Source: an uncultured Actinomycetes bacterium (GTDB lineage Bacteria; Actinomycetota; UBA4738; HRBIN12). Taken from it: a stretch of 64,000 bases of DNA. Positions 32,569-42,749 of the stretch are shown here, piece after piece. Position 1 is the stretch's first letter, and every line of letters begins with the position of its first letter. The stretch spans positions 16,032 through 80,031 of the forward strand of contig CAVSFP010000016.1 of the NCBI GenBank assembly GCA_963727185.1, in the 5' to 3' direction. The translations under genes and the position numbers were made by a program. The notes beneath the pieces are model-generated. The model searched no databases. It had not been told where the DNA came from and worked only from the letters and a program-made list of their open reading frames with translations.

Positions 32569-33575
32569 TGTTCGCCGCCGTCAACTTCTGGGGAACGCCC
32601 GCCGCATTGGCCCTCGCCATCGGCCTCGCAACGGGCGCCGCGTTCCTGCTGGGCGTCATGCTCTTCGGAACGGCGAGTCGTCGCCGGCAGCAGAAGATCA
32701 TCGGAGAGCGCATGGCGGCCGTCGGAAACCGGGGCCGCAAGGTGTCGCACGTCCCCGTCGACCATACGGCCGGCGGCTGGATCCCCGCCCGAGTCACCAA
32801 CTTCGGACGCCGGTTCGCCGACGCTCGCGGATTCAGCGGACGGCTCGATGCCGAGCTCGAAGCGGCGGCCGTGAGTCTGCGATCGGGCGAGTTCGTCGTC
32901 GTCACGGTGGCGGCGGCGTTCGGCGGGATGATCCTCGGCTTCGTGATCCTCGGGAGCCCATGGCTCGCACTCGGCGTGGGAGCCGTCTGCGCTCTGGGGC
33001 CGACAGCGATGCTCAAGGTCACCCTGGGTCGGCGTGAGGAGAAGCTCCGTGAGCAGCTCCCGGACGTGCTCACGATCATGGCCAGCTCGCTCCGAGCAGG
33101 ACACAGCTTCCTCCAGGCGCTCGACACCACGGCGAAAGAGATCGCACAGCCCGCCGCCACCGAGTTCCAACGCGTCGTCGCCGAGATCCGCCTGGGGCGG
33201 AGCGCCGAGGATGCGTTGGGGGCGCTCGCCGAGCGGGTCGGAAGCGCGGACTTCAAATGGGCGGTCCTCGCGGTGAACATCCAGCGCGAGGTCGGCGGGA
33301 ACCTGGCCGAGATCTTGGACAACGTCGCAGACACGTTGCGTGAACGCGCCACCATGCGTCGCCAGGTCCGTGTGCTGACGTCCGAGGGCCGGCTCTCCGC
33401 TTGGGTCCTCGCCCTGATGCCCTTCGCGATCGCGTTGTACATGTTCGCGGTCAACCGCGCCTACATCATGTTGCTGTTCACGACCAAGACCGGGTTCATC
33501 ATGCTCAGCGGCGCCGCCCTGCTCCTCACGGTCGGGGTCCTGTGGATGCGGAAGATCGTGGACATCGATGTCTGA
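32568..33575 (+). CDS. tadB: TadB (T2SS-F family)
   Basis: QLPD, SLRAGHS, QREVGGNLAEIL, LTSEGRLS. Confidence 0.92.
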   Translation: MFAAVNFWGTPAALALAIGLATGAAFLLGVMLFGTASRRRQQKIIGERMAAVGNRGRKVSHVPVDHTAGGWIPARVTNFGRRFADARGFSGRLDAELEAAAVSLRSGEFVVVTVAAAFGGMILGFVILGSPWLALGVGAVCALGPTAMLKVTLGRREEKLREQLPDVLTIMASSLRAGHSFLQALDTTAKEIAQPAATEFQRVVAEIRLGRSAEDALGALAERVGSADFKWAVLAVNIQREVGGNLAEILDNVADTLRERATMRRQVRVLTSEGRLSAWVLALMPFAIALYMFAVNRAYIMLLFTTKTGFIMLSGAALLLTVGVLWMRKIVDIDV

Positions 33576-34509
33576 GATCTGGCTCGTCCTCGCGATCGGC
33601 TGCATCTTCTTCACGGTGTTGCTCGTCGGGTTCGCACTGGATGCATCCAGCAGCGAGCGCAAGCGAGCCGTGACGCTCCTGGAGAACCAGGTCAGCGGCT
33701 CGCACAGCGTCGCGTCGGCCAACCTTCGCGAGCAAGAGCTCTCGCAGAGCTTCGGACAGCGGGTCCTGGTGCCGTTCGTCGGCGGCGCGGGGAGGGTGGC
33801 ACGACGCATCACGCCCATCGACGCTCGCGACCGCGTGGCGAAGAAGCTCATCCTCGCCGGCAGCCCCGAGGGGTGGGACGCGGAACGCGTCATCTCCTTC
33901 AAGGTGATCCTGGCGGGCGCGGCGTTCGTGGGCTCGCTCGTCGTCGCCCACATGATGCACCTCGAGGGATTGGCGTTCATCGCGTGCGTCGGTCTGCTCA
34001 CGGTCGTCGGGTTCCTCGTTCCCGACTCGCTCCTGGCCCGAAAGGTCGAGGAGCGACAGCACGAGGTGCTCGGCACCCTCTCGGACACCCTGGACCTCTT
34101 GACGATCAGCGTCGAAGCGGGGCTCTCGCTCAACGCCGCGATCGCCCAGGTCGTGCAGAACGTGCCGGGTGTGCTGTCGCAGGAGTTCGCCCGGATGCTC
34201 CAGGAGATCCAGCTGGGGGTTCCGCGGTCGGAGGCGTTCCGCCATCTCGCCGACCGAACGGACGTCGAGGAGCTGAACAGCTTCGCGCTCGCCATGATCC
34301 AGGCCGACGTGTTCGGTGTGAGCATCGCGAGCGTGCTGCGCACCCAGGCGAGCCAGCTCCGCATCAAGCGGCGCCAGACGGCCGAGGCAAAGGCGCAGCA
34401 GACGCCGGTGAAGATCGTGTTCCCCTTGATCCTGTGCGTCCTGCCGGCGCTGTTCGTGATCATCATCGGGCCGGGCGCGATCCGCATCACGCAGAACCTG
34501 TTCCACTAG
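33568..34509 (+). CDS. tadC: TadC (T2SS-F family)
   Basis: LDLLTISVEAGL, QADVFGVSI, VKIVFPL..P. Confidence 0.92.
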   Translation: MSEIWLVLAIGCIFFTVLLVGFALDASSSERKRAVTLLENQVSGSHSVASANLREQELSQSFGQRVLVPFVGGAGRVARRITPIDARDRVAKKLILAGSPEGWDAERVISFKVILAGAAFVGSLVVAHMMHLEGLAFIACVGLLTVVGFLVPDSLLARKVEERQHEVLGTLSDTLDLLTISVEAGLSLNAAIAQVVQNVPGVLSQEFARMLQEIQLGVPRSEAFRHLADRTDVEELNSFALAMIQADVFGVSIASVLRTQASQLRIKRRQTAEAKAQQTPVKIVFPLILCVLPALFVIIIGPGAIRITQNLFH

Positions 34510-34849
34510 ATCGCGGCACCCAGGCTCAAGGTCAACCGGGGTCCCGACCGATACCCTGAGCATGCGGAACCAGGAGCGGACCCAGGACAAGATCCTTGAG
34601 GCCTTCGCCCGCGCCGTGGCAGCTGGAGAGATGCAGAAGGCCGAGGGCTGGCTCGCTCTGGCGGTCTGGTCCCAGGGGATCTCGGAGAAGGCGACCCCCG
34701 TTCCGGCCCGTTAGGGCGACCGAACCCGTTCGAAGAACCGCCCAAAGACATAAGTCCTTTGTCCATTGCAGGGTCCCCCGCCCATCGCTTACACTCGCGC
34801 CTGTCCGGATGGTCCATTCGGGCCATGTGGATCGAGAGAAAGGCGTGAC

Positions 34850-35095
34850 ATGAAGCGCACCGGGTTCCTGTTGGCCAGCGCGATGGCCTTCGTCGTGTGC
34901 CTGGCCGTTCCAGCGCTCGCCTCCAGTGGTTCCTCCCTGCCGCACAGCCCGGGTGGCCCCGGTGTGAGTGGCGCGGGAGGCACCGCCTTCACGGGCGCGA
35001 ACGTGCAGATGACCTTCGTGTACCTGGTCGGGTTCCTCGTGGTTGGTGCGCTGGCGGTCTACTTCGGCCGTCGTCGCAGCCTCGCCACGCGCTAG
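34850..35095 (+). CDS. 81-aa secreted precursor with LPXTG-like sorting signal (TAFTG-TM-RRR)
   Basis: GAAAGG RBS, -10 TACACT near 34790, signal peptide ending ALA, G/S/P spacer, TAFTG, TM helix, basic tail, own terminator. Confidence 0.75.
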   Translation: MKRTGFLLASAMAFVVCLAVPALASSGSSLPHSPGGPGVSGAGGTAFTGANVQMTFVYLVGFLVVGALAVYFGRRRSLATR

Positions 35096-35114
35096 AACGC
35101 GATCGAGTCACTTC

Positions 35115-35140
35115 AGAACAGGCCCCACGGGGCCTGTTCT
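35115..35140. terminator. Intrinsic terminator hairpin
   Basis: AGAACAGGCCCC/GGGGCCTGTTCT inverted repeat between convergent genes. Confidence 0.8.
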
Positions 35141-35169
35141 TCCACGTCCGGGACCTTCCGAGAACCGTG

Positions 35170-37152
35170 TCACTGCGTGATGTGGAGCAGGTTCCGCCAG
35201 ATCCGGATCGGCAGTGACGGGGCGAACGATACCTGCAGGTCGATATCGCCCGACGGCGTACCGTCGTAGACCACCCGATCGCCGCTACGTGTCAACTGCG
35301 CGTCGACCGACGTGAACCGCATCCCTGCCGGCGGCGCGATGCTCACGCGCAGCCGGGTCGGGATGATCGTGGTCTGACCGACGAAGCTCAATCGATAGGT
35401 GCCGCCTCGATCGTCGCCATCCCACGCTTGCGCCAGGACGAGATCGGCGGTGATGGTCGTCGTCTTGCCGGATGGCGTGCGCACGTAGTCCTCGAAGAAG
35501 GGGTACCCGCCGGACCGATGATGGGACAGTTCGACCGGTCTCCCATCACGCGTGGCGTTTTCGAGCCCGCACAGCATGTCGCAGTAGAGGTCGACCACCG
35601 CCACGTTCTCGCCCGGCTGTGTGGAGAAATGCTTGTAGGGACCGATCACGTACGGCGGGAAGCCCGAGGTCGGGGAGTCGTTCTCGAGGTCGACCGTGAG
35701 TGCCGCGCTCGCGGTACCTCCGCCGCCCAGCTGCACGTCGTAGGAGACCGTCCGCTTCTGGTAGTAGTCAAGCTTGGTGCCGGAGGCGCTGTTCGTCACG
35801 ACGGAGATGGCGTCGGTCCCCGAGGGATGGAACGCGCCGCCGACCGTGGTCATCGCGAGCGCCCGCTGCATCTCCGGATCGACGCTCCAGGCCAACACGT
35901 GTCCGTCGTTGAACGCCTGGAGCAACGCATGCAGCTTGGCTTGCGTATCGCCCTTCTGTGCCAGGAAGCCGCCCAGCACAGCTTGCGCGACCCGTCCTAG
36001 TACGAGCTTCCGCTCCGCTGCCGTGTTGAACAGCGCGTAGGCTTGATTCGAGACGAACGGGACGATGTTCTTGTCCGTGAGCTCGATCCCGGTCGAGCCG
36101 ACCTCGACCGGGTCCGTCACATGCATCAGGGCCTTCAGGGCGAACGGATCGGCAACCACGACCCCGTCGAGGTTGTCGCCGGTGGTGGCCTCGTACGTGA
36201 GCCAGAGCGCGTCCGCGGCCTGCGGGAAGTCCGGCGTCATGTTCGTGTTGACCCAGAGCCCGATACCCGACCGGTAGAAGTCCCAGTTGTCCGAGTACTC
36301 CTGAGAAGGAGACGGCACAGCGTTCACGTTGGGGCGGGGGAGCGATTGGATCGGCCGGAAGTCGGAGAAGCTGAACCTCCCTCGGTCCATCGTGAGGATC
36401 GCGTACGCGCCGATCAGTCCTCCGGTCCCTCGAAGCTCTGCGGGATTCGACGCCCCGAACAGGTAGTGGCGCGGTCCGTCTGCACCCAGGAACGCGGGCA
36501 ACCCGTCGAGGATCGACGAGCCGGCATGCAACTGTCGATGCAGCGTCTCCAGCATTGCCTGGGCCTCCGAACGTGCGGAGTCGACCGGAGCCAGGACCAT
36601 TTGCGTCGGCGCGTCCTCCAGCGTCTGCAGCGCCTGTCCCGTCAGCTCGTCGGCTCGTGCGGTGGCTTCAGTCAACCCAGCCAAACGGTCGATCGGGATA
36701 CCCGCGTCGGTGGGAGCGAGGGCACCCAGCCCGCCCGGGAGATCGGCCACGGCGCCGGCGATCCCGCTCGCCGCATCGGCCGTCTTCAGGCCGGCATCCG
36801 CGACCGCTCGGACCGCGTCCGGGGTGTTCCCCACGACCGGGATCGCACCGGCGATCGAGAGCCAGATCGACCGCGCCCCGTCGGCCCCGGCGCGGAACGC
36901 CTCGTGCGCGCTGTCGAATTCGCTCTGAGCGGCTGCCGCGTCGCCGTCGATGAGGTCGGACTTGCCTCGGTCGAGCGCGTCGCGGCCATCGATCAAGTGG
37001 CGTCGAACGCCGAGCGCGGAGATCCCCGCCAGAACCAGCACCGCGAGGAACGCCACCACCAGCATCGCGACAACCGCCCACACCAGCCGGCGCCCGCCCC
37101 TGCGGGACGGCACGGTCGCGCGTCGGGTGATGGGTTCGTCGGAGGTCTTCAT
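35170..37152 (-). CDS. DUF4012 domain membrane-anchored extracytoplasmic protein
   Basis: N-terminal TM, helical stalk, NPAELRGTGG, NMTPDFP, DGVVVADP, SGTKLDYY. Confidence 0.85.
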   Translation of the reverse strand: MKTSDEPITRRATVPSRRGGRRLVWAVVAMLVVAFLAVLVLAGISALGVRRHLIDGRDALDRGKSDLIDGDAAAAQSEFDSAHEAFRAGADGARSIWLSIAGAIPVVGNTPDAVRAVADAGLKTADAASGIAGAVADLPGGLGALAPTDAGIPIDRLAGLTEATARADELTGQALQTLEDAPTQMVLAPVDSARSEAQAMLETLHRQLHAGSSILDGLPAFLGADGPRHYLFGASNPAELRGTGGLIGAYAILTMDRGRFSFSDFRPIQSLPRPNVNAVPSPSQEYSDNWDFYRSGIGLWVNTNMTPDFPQAADALWLTYEATTGDNLDGVVVADPFALKALMHVTDPVEVGSTGIELTDKNIVPFVSNQAYALFNTAAERKLVLGRVAQAVLGGFLAQKGDTQAKLHALLQAFNDGHVLAWSVDPEMQRALAMTTVGGAFHPSGTDAISVVTNSASGTKLDYYQKRTVSYDVQLGGGGTASAALTVDLENDSPTSGFPPYVIGPYKHFSTQPGENVAVVDLYCDMLCGLENATRDGRPVELSHHRSGGYPFFEDYVRTPSGKTTTITADLVLAQAWDGDDRGGTYRLSFVGQTTIIPTRLRVSIAPPAGMRFTSVDAQLTRSGDRVVYDGTPSGDIDLQVSFAPSLPIRIWRNLLHITQ

Positions 37153-37265
37153 GTCGGTCGGAGCCGCGATCCGATCAGGACCGGCGGATGCGGTCAACGG
37201 TAACAGGCATCACGTATTCCATCGGTGAGGAAACGGTCGGTTGACCGCTGTTACCCTCTGCCTCC

Positions 37266-38087
37266 ATGAAGGTGGCCTACCAGGGCGAACCCGGCGCATA
37301 CAGCGAACGCGCCGTCGGATCGCTCTTCCCCGACGCGGAGCCGTTGCCCTGTGCCACGGTCCGGCTGGTGTTCTCGCGGGTGACGAGCGGCGAGGCCGCG
37401 TTCGGCGTCGTCCCGCTCGAGAACTCGCAGGCCGGCTCGGTCAACGAGACGTACGAGCTCCTGCTGCACACGAACCTCCTCCGGATGGTGGGGGAGACGG
37501 TCGTTCGCGTCGATCACGCCCTGCTCGGTCGCCCGGGCGTCCGGCTGGAGGCGATCCGCCGGGCACATTCCCACTGGCAAGCGCTCGCGCAGTGCGAGGA
37601 GTTCCTGTCGTCGCTCCGGATCGAGCCGGTCCCGGTGCACGACACGGCCGGGGCGGCGCGCATGATCGCCGAGACCGGGAGCGACGAGGACGCGGCGATC
37701 GCCAGCGTCGAGGCGGGCGCGCGGTTCGGCTTGGCCGTGCTGGCCGAACGCATCCAATCCGAGAAGGAGAACTTCACCAAGTTCGCGGTGATCGGCTCCA
37801 CCGACCCCGAGTTGGGATCCAACGACAAGACATCGCTCGTGATGGCGGTCCTCGACCAGCCCGGCTCGTTGCTGGGGGCGTTGCAGCCGCTCGCGGCCCG
37901 CGGGATCAACCTTCACAAGCTCGAGTCGCGTCCCATGCGCGGGAAGCCCTTCGAGTACGTCATCTACGTCGATGTGATGGTCGCGGGTGACGACCCCGAG
38001 TTGGCCGACGCCCTCGAGGAGATGGCCGGTCACACGTCCATGCTCCGCGTGCTCGGCTCGTACCGTGCGGCTCCCGACCCTGCGTAG
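37266..38087 (+). CDS. pheA: Prephenate dehydratase
   Basis: QGEPGAYS, PLENSQAG, SHWQALAQC, NFTKF, KLESRP (ACT). Confidence 0.93.
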   Translation: MKVAYQGEPGAYSERAVGSLFPDAEPLPCATVRLVFSRVTSGEAAFGVVPLENSQAGSVNETYELLLHTNLLRMVGETVVRVDHALLGRPGVRLEAIRRAHSHWQALAQCEEFLSSLRIEPVPVHDTAGAARMIAETGSDEDAAIASVEAGARFGLAVLAERIQSEKENFTKFAVIGSTDPELGSNDKTSLVMAVLDQPGSLLGALQPLAARGINLHKLESRPMRGKPFEYVIYVDVMVAGDDPELADALEEMAGHTSMLRVLGSYRAAPDPA

Positions 38088-38119
38088 CCGTTCCGGCGCG
38101 CGCCCATAGGATGTCCCGC

Positions 38120-39708
38120 ATGGCCCGGAACTCTCCGCGACACGCCGCTCGCTCGAAGGTGCCGTTCCCCGTGCTCGTGGTCGCACTGCTGCTGGGTATC
38201 GGAGCGGTGACGGCGTGGAAGGTGTGGGCCTCGGACGCCGGGAGTCGCGCGGCCAAGGCAGACCCATCAGCCGCACCGACCACGGGCGCCTCGCCGTCGA
38301 CCGTCCAGTCCGCCTCGCCTGCATCGCCCCCCCCGCGCCCACCATCGCCGGGCGTGCAAACGCCCGGGCCGATCAACACGTCGTTCCCCGGGATCACGAC
38401 GTTCCGTGGCAACGCGACGCGGGACTATTACGGCGAGGGACCGATCCCTCGGCATCCGGTGATCCGCTGGAGCTACCCGACCACCGGGGCGCTCTGCTCG
38501 AAGTCCACGGACCCCGCGGGAACGCGCGTCTGGTGCGGGACCGGATGGACAGGGCAACCGAACGTGATCGTGCACGACGACGGCTCGATCGAGATCCGCG
38601 AAGGCGCGTACGACGGGAACTACCACTTCCTGGATGGCCGGACCGGACGGCAGATCCGGCCGGACCTGGTGACCGGAGACCTCGCGAAGGGGTCGGCCAC
38701 CTCGCGATCCGGACGGATACCCGCTGTACTACGCGGGTTCGCGCGACAACCTGTTCCGCATCGTCGCCATGGATCGCCCGAGCCCGACCGTGCTCTGGTC
38801 CATCAACGCCGAGACGACCGTGCCGCGACCCCTGTGGAACAACGACTGGGACGGGGCCGCGCTGGTGCTCGGCGACTACATGGTGGAAGGCGGAGAGAAC
38901 AGCTGGCTCTATGTCGTGAAGCTGAACCGGGGCTACGACACGGACGGGAAGGTGACCGTCGATCCCAAGATCGTCGCGACGATCCCTGGCTTCGACGACC
39001 AGCTCCTGGCCGACGTGGGCGACGACGACGTGTCGATCGAGAACTCTGTCGCGTTCCGCGACGGCGTCGTCTACTTCGCCAACTCCGGCGGCCTGGTGCA
39101 GGGCTGGGACATCTCGGACCTGCTGAACGGTGGCGACACGTACCACCGCGTCTTCCGCTTCTGGACCGGCGACGACACCGACGCGTCGGTCGTCATCGAC
39201 CGCGCGGGATACCTCTACGTCGCGAGCGAGTATCAACGGTTCAACGAACAGAGCCAACGCTTGGGGCAGTTGATGAAGCTGGATCCCTCCAAGCCGAACG
39301 ACCCGATCGTCTGGACCATCCCCGCGCCGGAGATCGGGTTCGAGGGGGCGGGTGGGAGCTGGTCCACGCCGGCGCTCTACGGCGGCTACGTGTACTTCAC
39401 CACCGCCGCCGGTCGGGTCCTCGAGGTCGATCGGGCGACCGGCAGGATCGTCTGGGAGCTGGCCATCGGCTCTCCGGCGATCGCGTCTCCGGTCGTCGTC
39501 GACGGCGTGCTGATCCAGGGCGACTGCACCGGCGCGCTGTACGCGTGGGATGTCTCCTCGCCGCGGAAGAAGCCCAGGCAGCTCTGGAAGATGCAGCTCG
39601 GCGGCTGCGTCGAGTCGACACCCGGCGGTGTGGCACGGCTGGTTGTACGTGGGAACCCGCCTGGGCCAGATCTACGGCATCGCCGATCCGGCGAAGAAGA
39701 AGCCTTAG
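38120..39708 (+). CDS. Membrane-anchored PQQ-like beta-propeller protein (frameshifts near 38705 and 39625)
   Basis: TM, Pro linker, TFRGN, GTGWTGQP, WSTPAL, ASPVVVDG, ESTP. Confidence 0.75.
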
Positions 39709-40655
39709 AACAGCGAGGGGAACTCGGCGTGGACCTGGGCAGTGTGCCATGCGACCAGGCCCCACGCGATCGCGAGCAGGCCGGCGAAGCCCACCACGAG
39801 GATCGTTCTCCTGGTCGACGCGGAACCGACACCCTCCGCCGCGAACCCGGCGAACAAGCCTGCGAGGAAGCCACCGACATGCGCCCGCCAGTCGATGCCT
39901 TGTATCGAGAGTGCGAGGACCATGTTGATCACCACGAGCGTGACCGCCGCGCGGAGTCGAGCCGCGGCGATCGCCAGATGCCGCCGACGGTAGTTGTACG
40001 TGACGAAGGCCCCGAAGATCCCGAAGATCGCGCCCGAGGCGCCCACCGCCGCCACGGTCAGCGGCCCGAACGCGTATGAGGCCGCGCTCGCGACGAGCCC
40101 GGTCGTGAAATAGATCAGCACGAATCGGAAACTGCCGAGCTCCTGCTCCACGACCGTGCCGAAGATCCACAACGCGTAGGCATTGAACGCGATGTGCAGC
40201 AATCCGGCGTGGAGGAACATCTCCGACACCAGCCGCCAGTTCTGCCCGTTGGCGATCCCAACGAGATCGCCGTTCGGCAGTTGCGCGAGCCCGATGGCGG
40301 CGCCGAGGTTGATCAGCTTCAGCGTCGAGGGGCCGTTCATGAATGAGCCCGGTCCCCCGGCGATGACCTCGACGACGTACATCGCGCCGATCATCACCAG
40401 CAACACGATGGTCGCCGAGGCGTGCCTGCGGACGTTTGCCGCCGCGATCCGCCGTCCGGGACCCTGGCGGAACTCTCGTCGAGCTTCCGCGACACAATCG
40501 GGGCACTGGTGCCCGACGGGTGCCGGGATCATGCATTCGGGACAGATGGGCTTGCCGCACCTCGTGCAGTGCACACCCGTCTCGACGTTGGGGTGCCGGT
40601 AGCAGTACTCGGGGAGGCCCGTGGCGGGAGGCGGTGGAAGGCTCGTTTCGTCCAT
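39705..40655 (-). CDS. Rhomboid protease with N-terminal B-box-like zinc finger
   Basis: CYRHP..CTRC..CPEC..CPDC; WR, HIAFN, GASG, AHVGG. Confidence 0.92.
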   Translation of the reverse strand: MDETSLPPPPATGLPEYCYRHPNVETGVHCTRCGKPICPECMIPAPVGHQCPDCVAEARREFRQGPGRRIAAANVRRHASATIVLLVMIGAMYVVEVIAGGPGSFMNGPSTLKLINLGAAIGLAQLPNGDLVGIANGQNWRLVSEMFLHAGLLHIAFNAYALWIFGTVVEQELGSFRFVLIYFTTGLVASAASYAFGPLTVAAVGASGAIFGIFGAFVTYNYRRRHLAIAAARLRAAVTLVVINMVLALSIQGIDWRAHVGGFLAGLFAGFAAEGVGSASTRRTILVVGFAGLLAIAWGLVAWHTAQVHAEFPSLF

Positions 40656-40710
40656 GTGGACGGCCATGGTACGGGGATGCGGCGGGAGGGGCGGTCCGGC
40701 CCCTCAGCCG

Positions 40711-41685
40711 CTAGCTGCCGGCGTGGGGATCGTGCTCGTGCGGGTCCACGTGGACCATCGCGTCGCCGAGTCGAGGAACGTCGCGCAGGAGCGCTCCGCG
40801 CACGCGCTCGGCGATGTCGTGCCCCGCCTCGACCGAGATGTCCGGAGACACGTCGATCGCCAGCTCGGCGCGGAGCTGATGACCCACCCAGCGGGCCCGT
40901 GCCTCCGACACGTGCTCCACGCCCGCAACGGCCGCGGCTGACGTCTCGATCAGACGCATGGTGGGTTCGTCGATCCCGTCGAGTACCCGGCGGAAGACCG
41001 TGCCGGCGGCCGTGACCAGCGTGTACGCGATCGCCACCGTGATGAGGAGCCCGACGATCGCGTCGGATCGAGGGAAGCCGGCCAGCACACCGAGGGCGCC
41101 GACGACGACGCCGAGCGAGGTCAATCCGTCTGCTCGAGCGTGCGAGCCGTCCGCGACGAGGGCCGCCGAGCCGATGCATCGCCCAACGCGCATCCGATAG
41201 ACGGCCACGGCCTCGTTGCCGAGGAAGCCGATCACGCCCGCGATCAGCACGACCCAGACGTGCTCGATCGACGCCGGGTGCCGGAGCCGTTCGATCGCTT
41301 CGAACGCCGCGAAGACGGCGGAGGCACCGATCATCGCCACGATGGCCAACCCCGCGACGTCTTCCGCGCGGTGGTAGCCGTAGGTGTAGCGGTGGTTGGC
41401 GGGCCTGCGGCCAAGCCGGAACGCGATGAGCAGCGGCACCGCGGTGAGCGCGTCGGTGAAGTTGTGGATCGTGTCGGCCAGGAGCGCGACCGATCCGGTC
41501 AGGATGACGACGATCGCCTGTGCGACGGCGGTCGCGGCGAGCACGGCCAGAGAGATCCACGTCGCCCGCACGCCCTGGGCGGTCGCGAGGAGCGCGGCAT
41601 CGGCCGTGCCGAAATGCTCGTGCCGGTGCTCGTGGAGAGGTTCGCGGTGCTCGTCCCCCGTCGGCACGTCCGGGCTCACCGTCAC
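40711..41685 (-). CDS. Cation diffusion facilitator transporter
   Basis: His-rich N-terminus, ALLADTIHN, YTYGYHRAED, ADGSHARAD, VHVDP. Confidence 0.9.
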   Translation of the reverse strand: MTVSPDVPTGDEHREPLHEHRHEHFGTADAALLATAQGVRATWISLAVLAATAVAQAIVVILTGSVALLADTIHNFTDALTAVPLLIAFRLGRRPANHRYTYGYHRAEDVAGLAIVAMIGASAVFAAFEAIERLRHPASIEHVWVVLIAGVIGFLGNEAVAVYRMRVGRCIGSAALVADGSHARADGLTSLGVVVGALGVLAGFPRSDAIVGLLITVAIAYTLVTAAGTVFRRVLDGIDEPTMRLIETSAAAVAGVEHVSEARARWVGHQLRAELAIDVSPDISVEAGHDIAERVRGALLRDVPRLGDAMVHVDPHEHDPHAGS

Positions 41686-41738
41686 TGCTCGATGGTAGCC
41701 ACGCGCGGGGGACGATCCAGGATTTCGGGCTTCTGGGC

Positions 41739-42713
41739 TCAGGGCTTCATGCGGGGAAGCTGGGCGAGGTCCTTCGCGACCGCGGCGGGGTCGAACAATG
41801 GCCCCCACCGGTCCTTGATCACGCCGTCGGAACCGATCAGGAAGAGCCAGGGCTCGGTCAGGTCCCCGGTCTCGTTGCAGCAGACCCAGTCCGACGCCGC
41901 CTTGTTCACCACGCTGTTCTGGTGGTTGCGCCAGATCTCCACGTGGATGAAGACCGCGCGATCCGCGTAGTGCTTCGCGAGCGCCTCCACGCCGTCGGTC
42001 TCGGGCCCGCACATGATGCTCACGCAGAACGCGGGCGTCGAGAAGATCGCCACGATCGGCCGGTGCTGCGCGAGCGCGTCGGCGATCGTCCACTGATGCA
42101 GCTCGGGGTCGGGCATCGGCGCGCCGTCGAGCGCCCGCGAATCGATCGCGGCGGTCGGCACGCCCTTCGAGTGGATCGTGAGGTTCTCCGTCGGCTGCGC
42201 GCGGTCGCCCGGCGCCGGCAGGAGATGCTTCTCGGACACCACGAACGGCGCGGAGAGCGTCTGCGTTCCCTTGCCGGGCACGTCGACGGTGGCCTCCACC
42301 TGCCACGTCCCCGCCTTGTCGAACGCGACGTCCGCCTGATAGACGCCGCGGGCCACGTTCGGATCGGTGAACGCCGGCGTGGAACCGCCCTGCTGCGTGC
42401 CGAACGCGCCGACGTACGTTCCCGTCGCCTGGGGCCCCGGCTGCGGCGACTGCGAACCGACGCCCAGGAAGGAGAACGAGAACGCCATCTGCCCGAACGA
42501 CAGCAGCTTCACGCTCTGACCGTCGCTCGAGAAGATGCCGAGCTCGAAATGCTGCGGGGCGCCGACGGCCAGGTCGCTGCTGGCCACCTCCAGCGACAGG
42601 CTGATCGGAGCCGAACCCGACGGCGACGTCCCCGATGCATCGCCTGAGCTGCCACAGGCGTTCGCGAGCAGTGAGAGACCGAGGACGGCGATGAGGAAGC
42701 GGCGGTTGAACAT
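41739..42713 (-). CDS. Lipoprotein with Ig-like and thioredoxin-like domains
   Basis: Lipobox ANAC; FSTPAFCVSIMCGP, FIHVEIW, EPWLFLI. Confidence 0.75.
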   Translation of the reverse strand: MFNRRFLIAVLGLSLLANACGSSGDASGTSPSGSAPISLSLEVASSDLAVGAPQHFELGIFSSDGQSVKLLSFGQMAFSFSFLGVGSQSPQPGPQATGTYVGAFGTQQGGSTPAFTDPNVARGVYQADVAFDKAGTWQVEATVDVPGKGTQTLSAPFVVSEKHLLPAPGDRAQPTENLTIHSKGVPTAAIDSRALDGAPMPDPELHQWTIADALAQHRPIVAIFSTPAFCVSIMCGPETDGVEALAKHYADRAVFIHVEIWRNHQNSVVNKAASDWVCCNETGDLTEPWLFLIGSDGVIKDRWGPLFDPAAVAKDLAQLPRMKP

Positions 42714-42749
42714 CGGACCATCTTCTCGCGAGATCGACGGAACGTCCGG

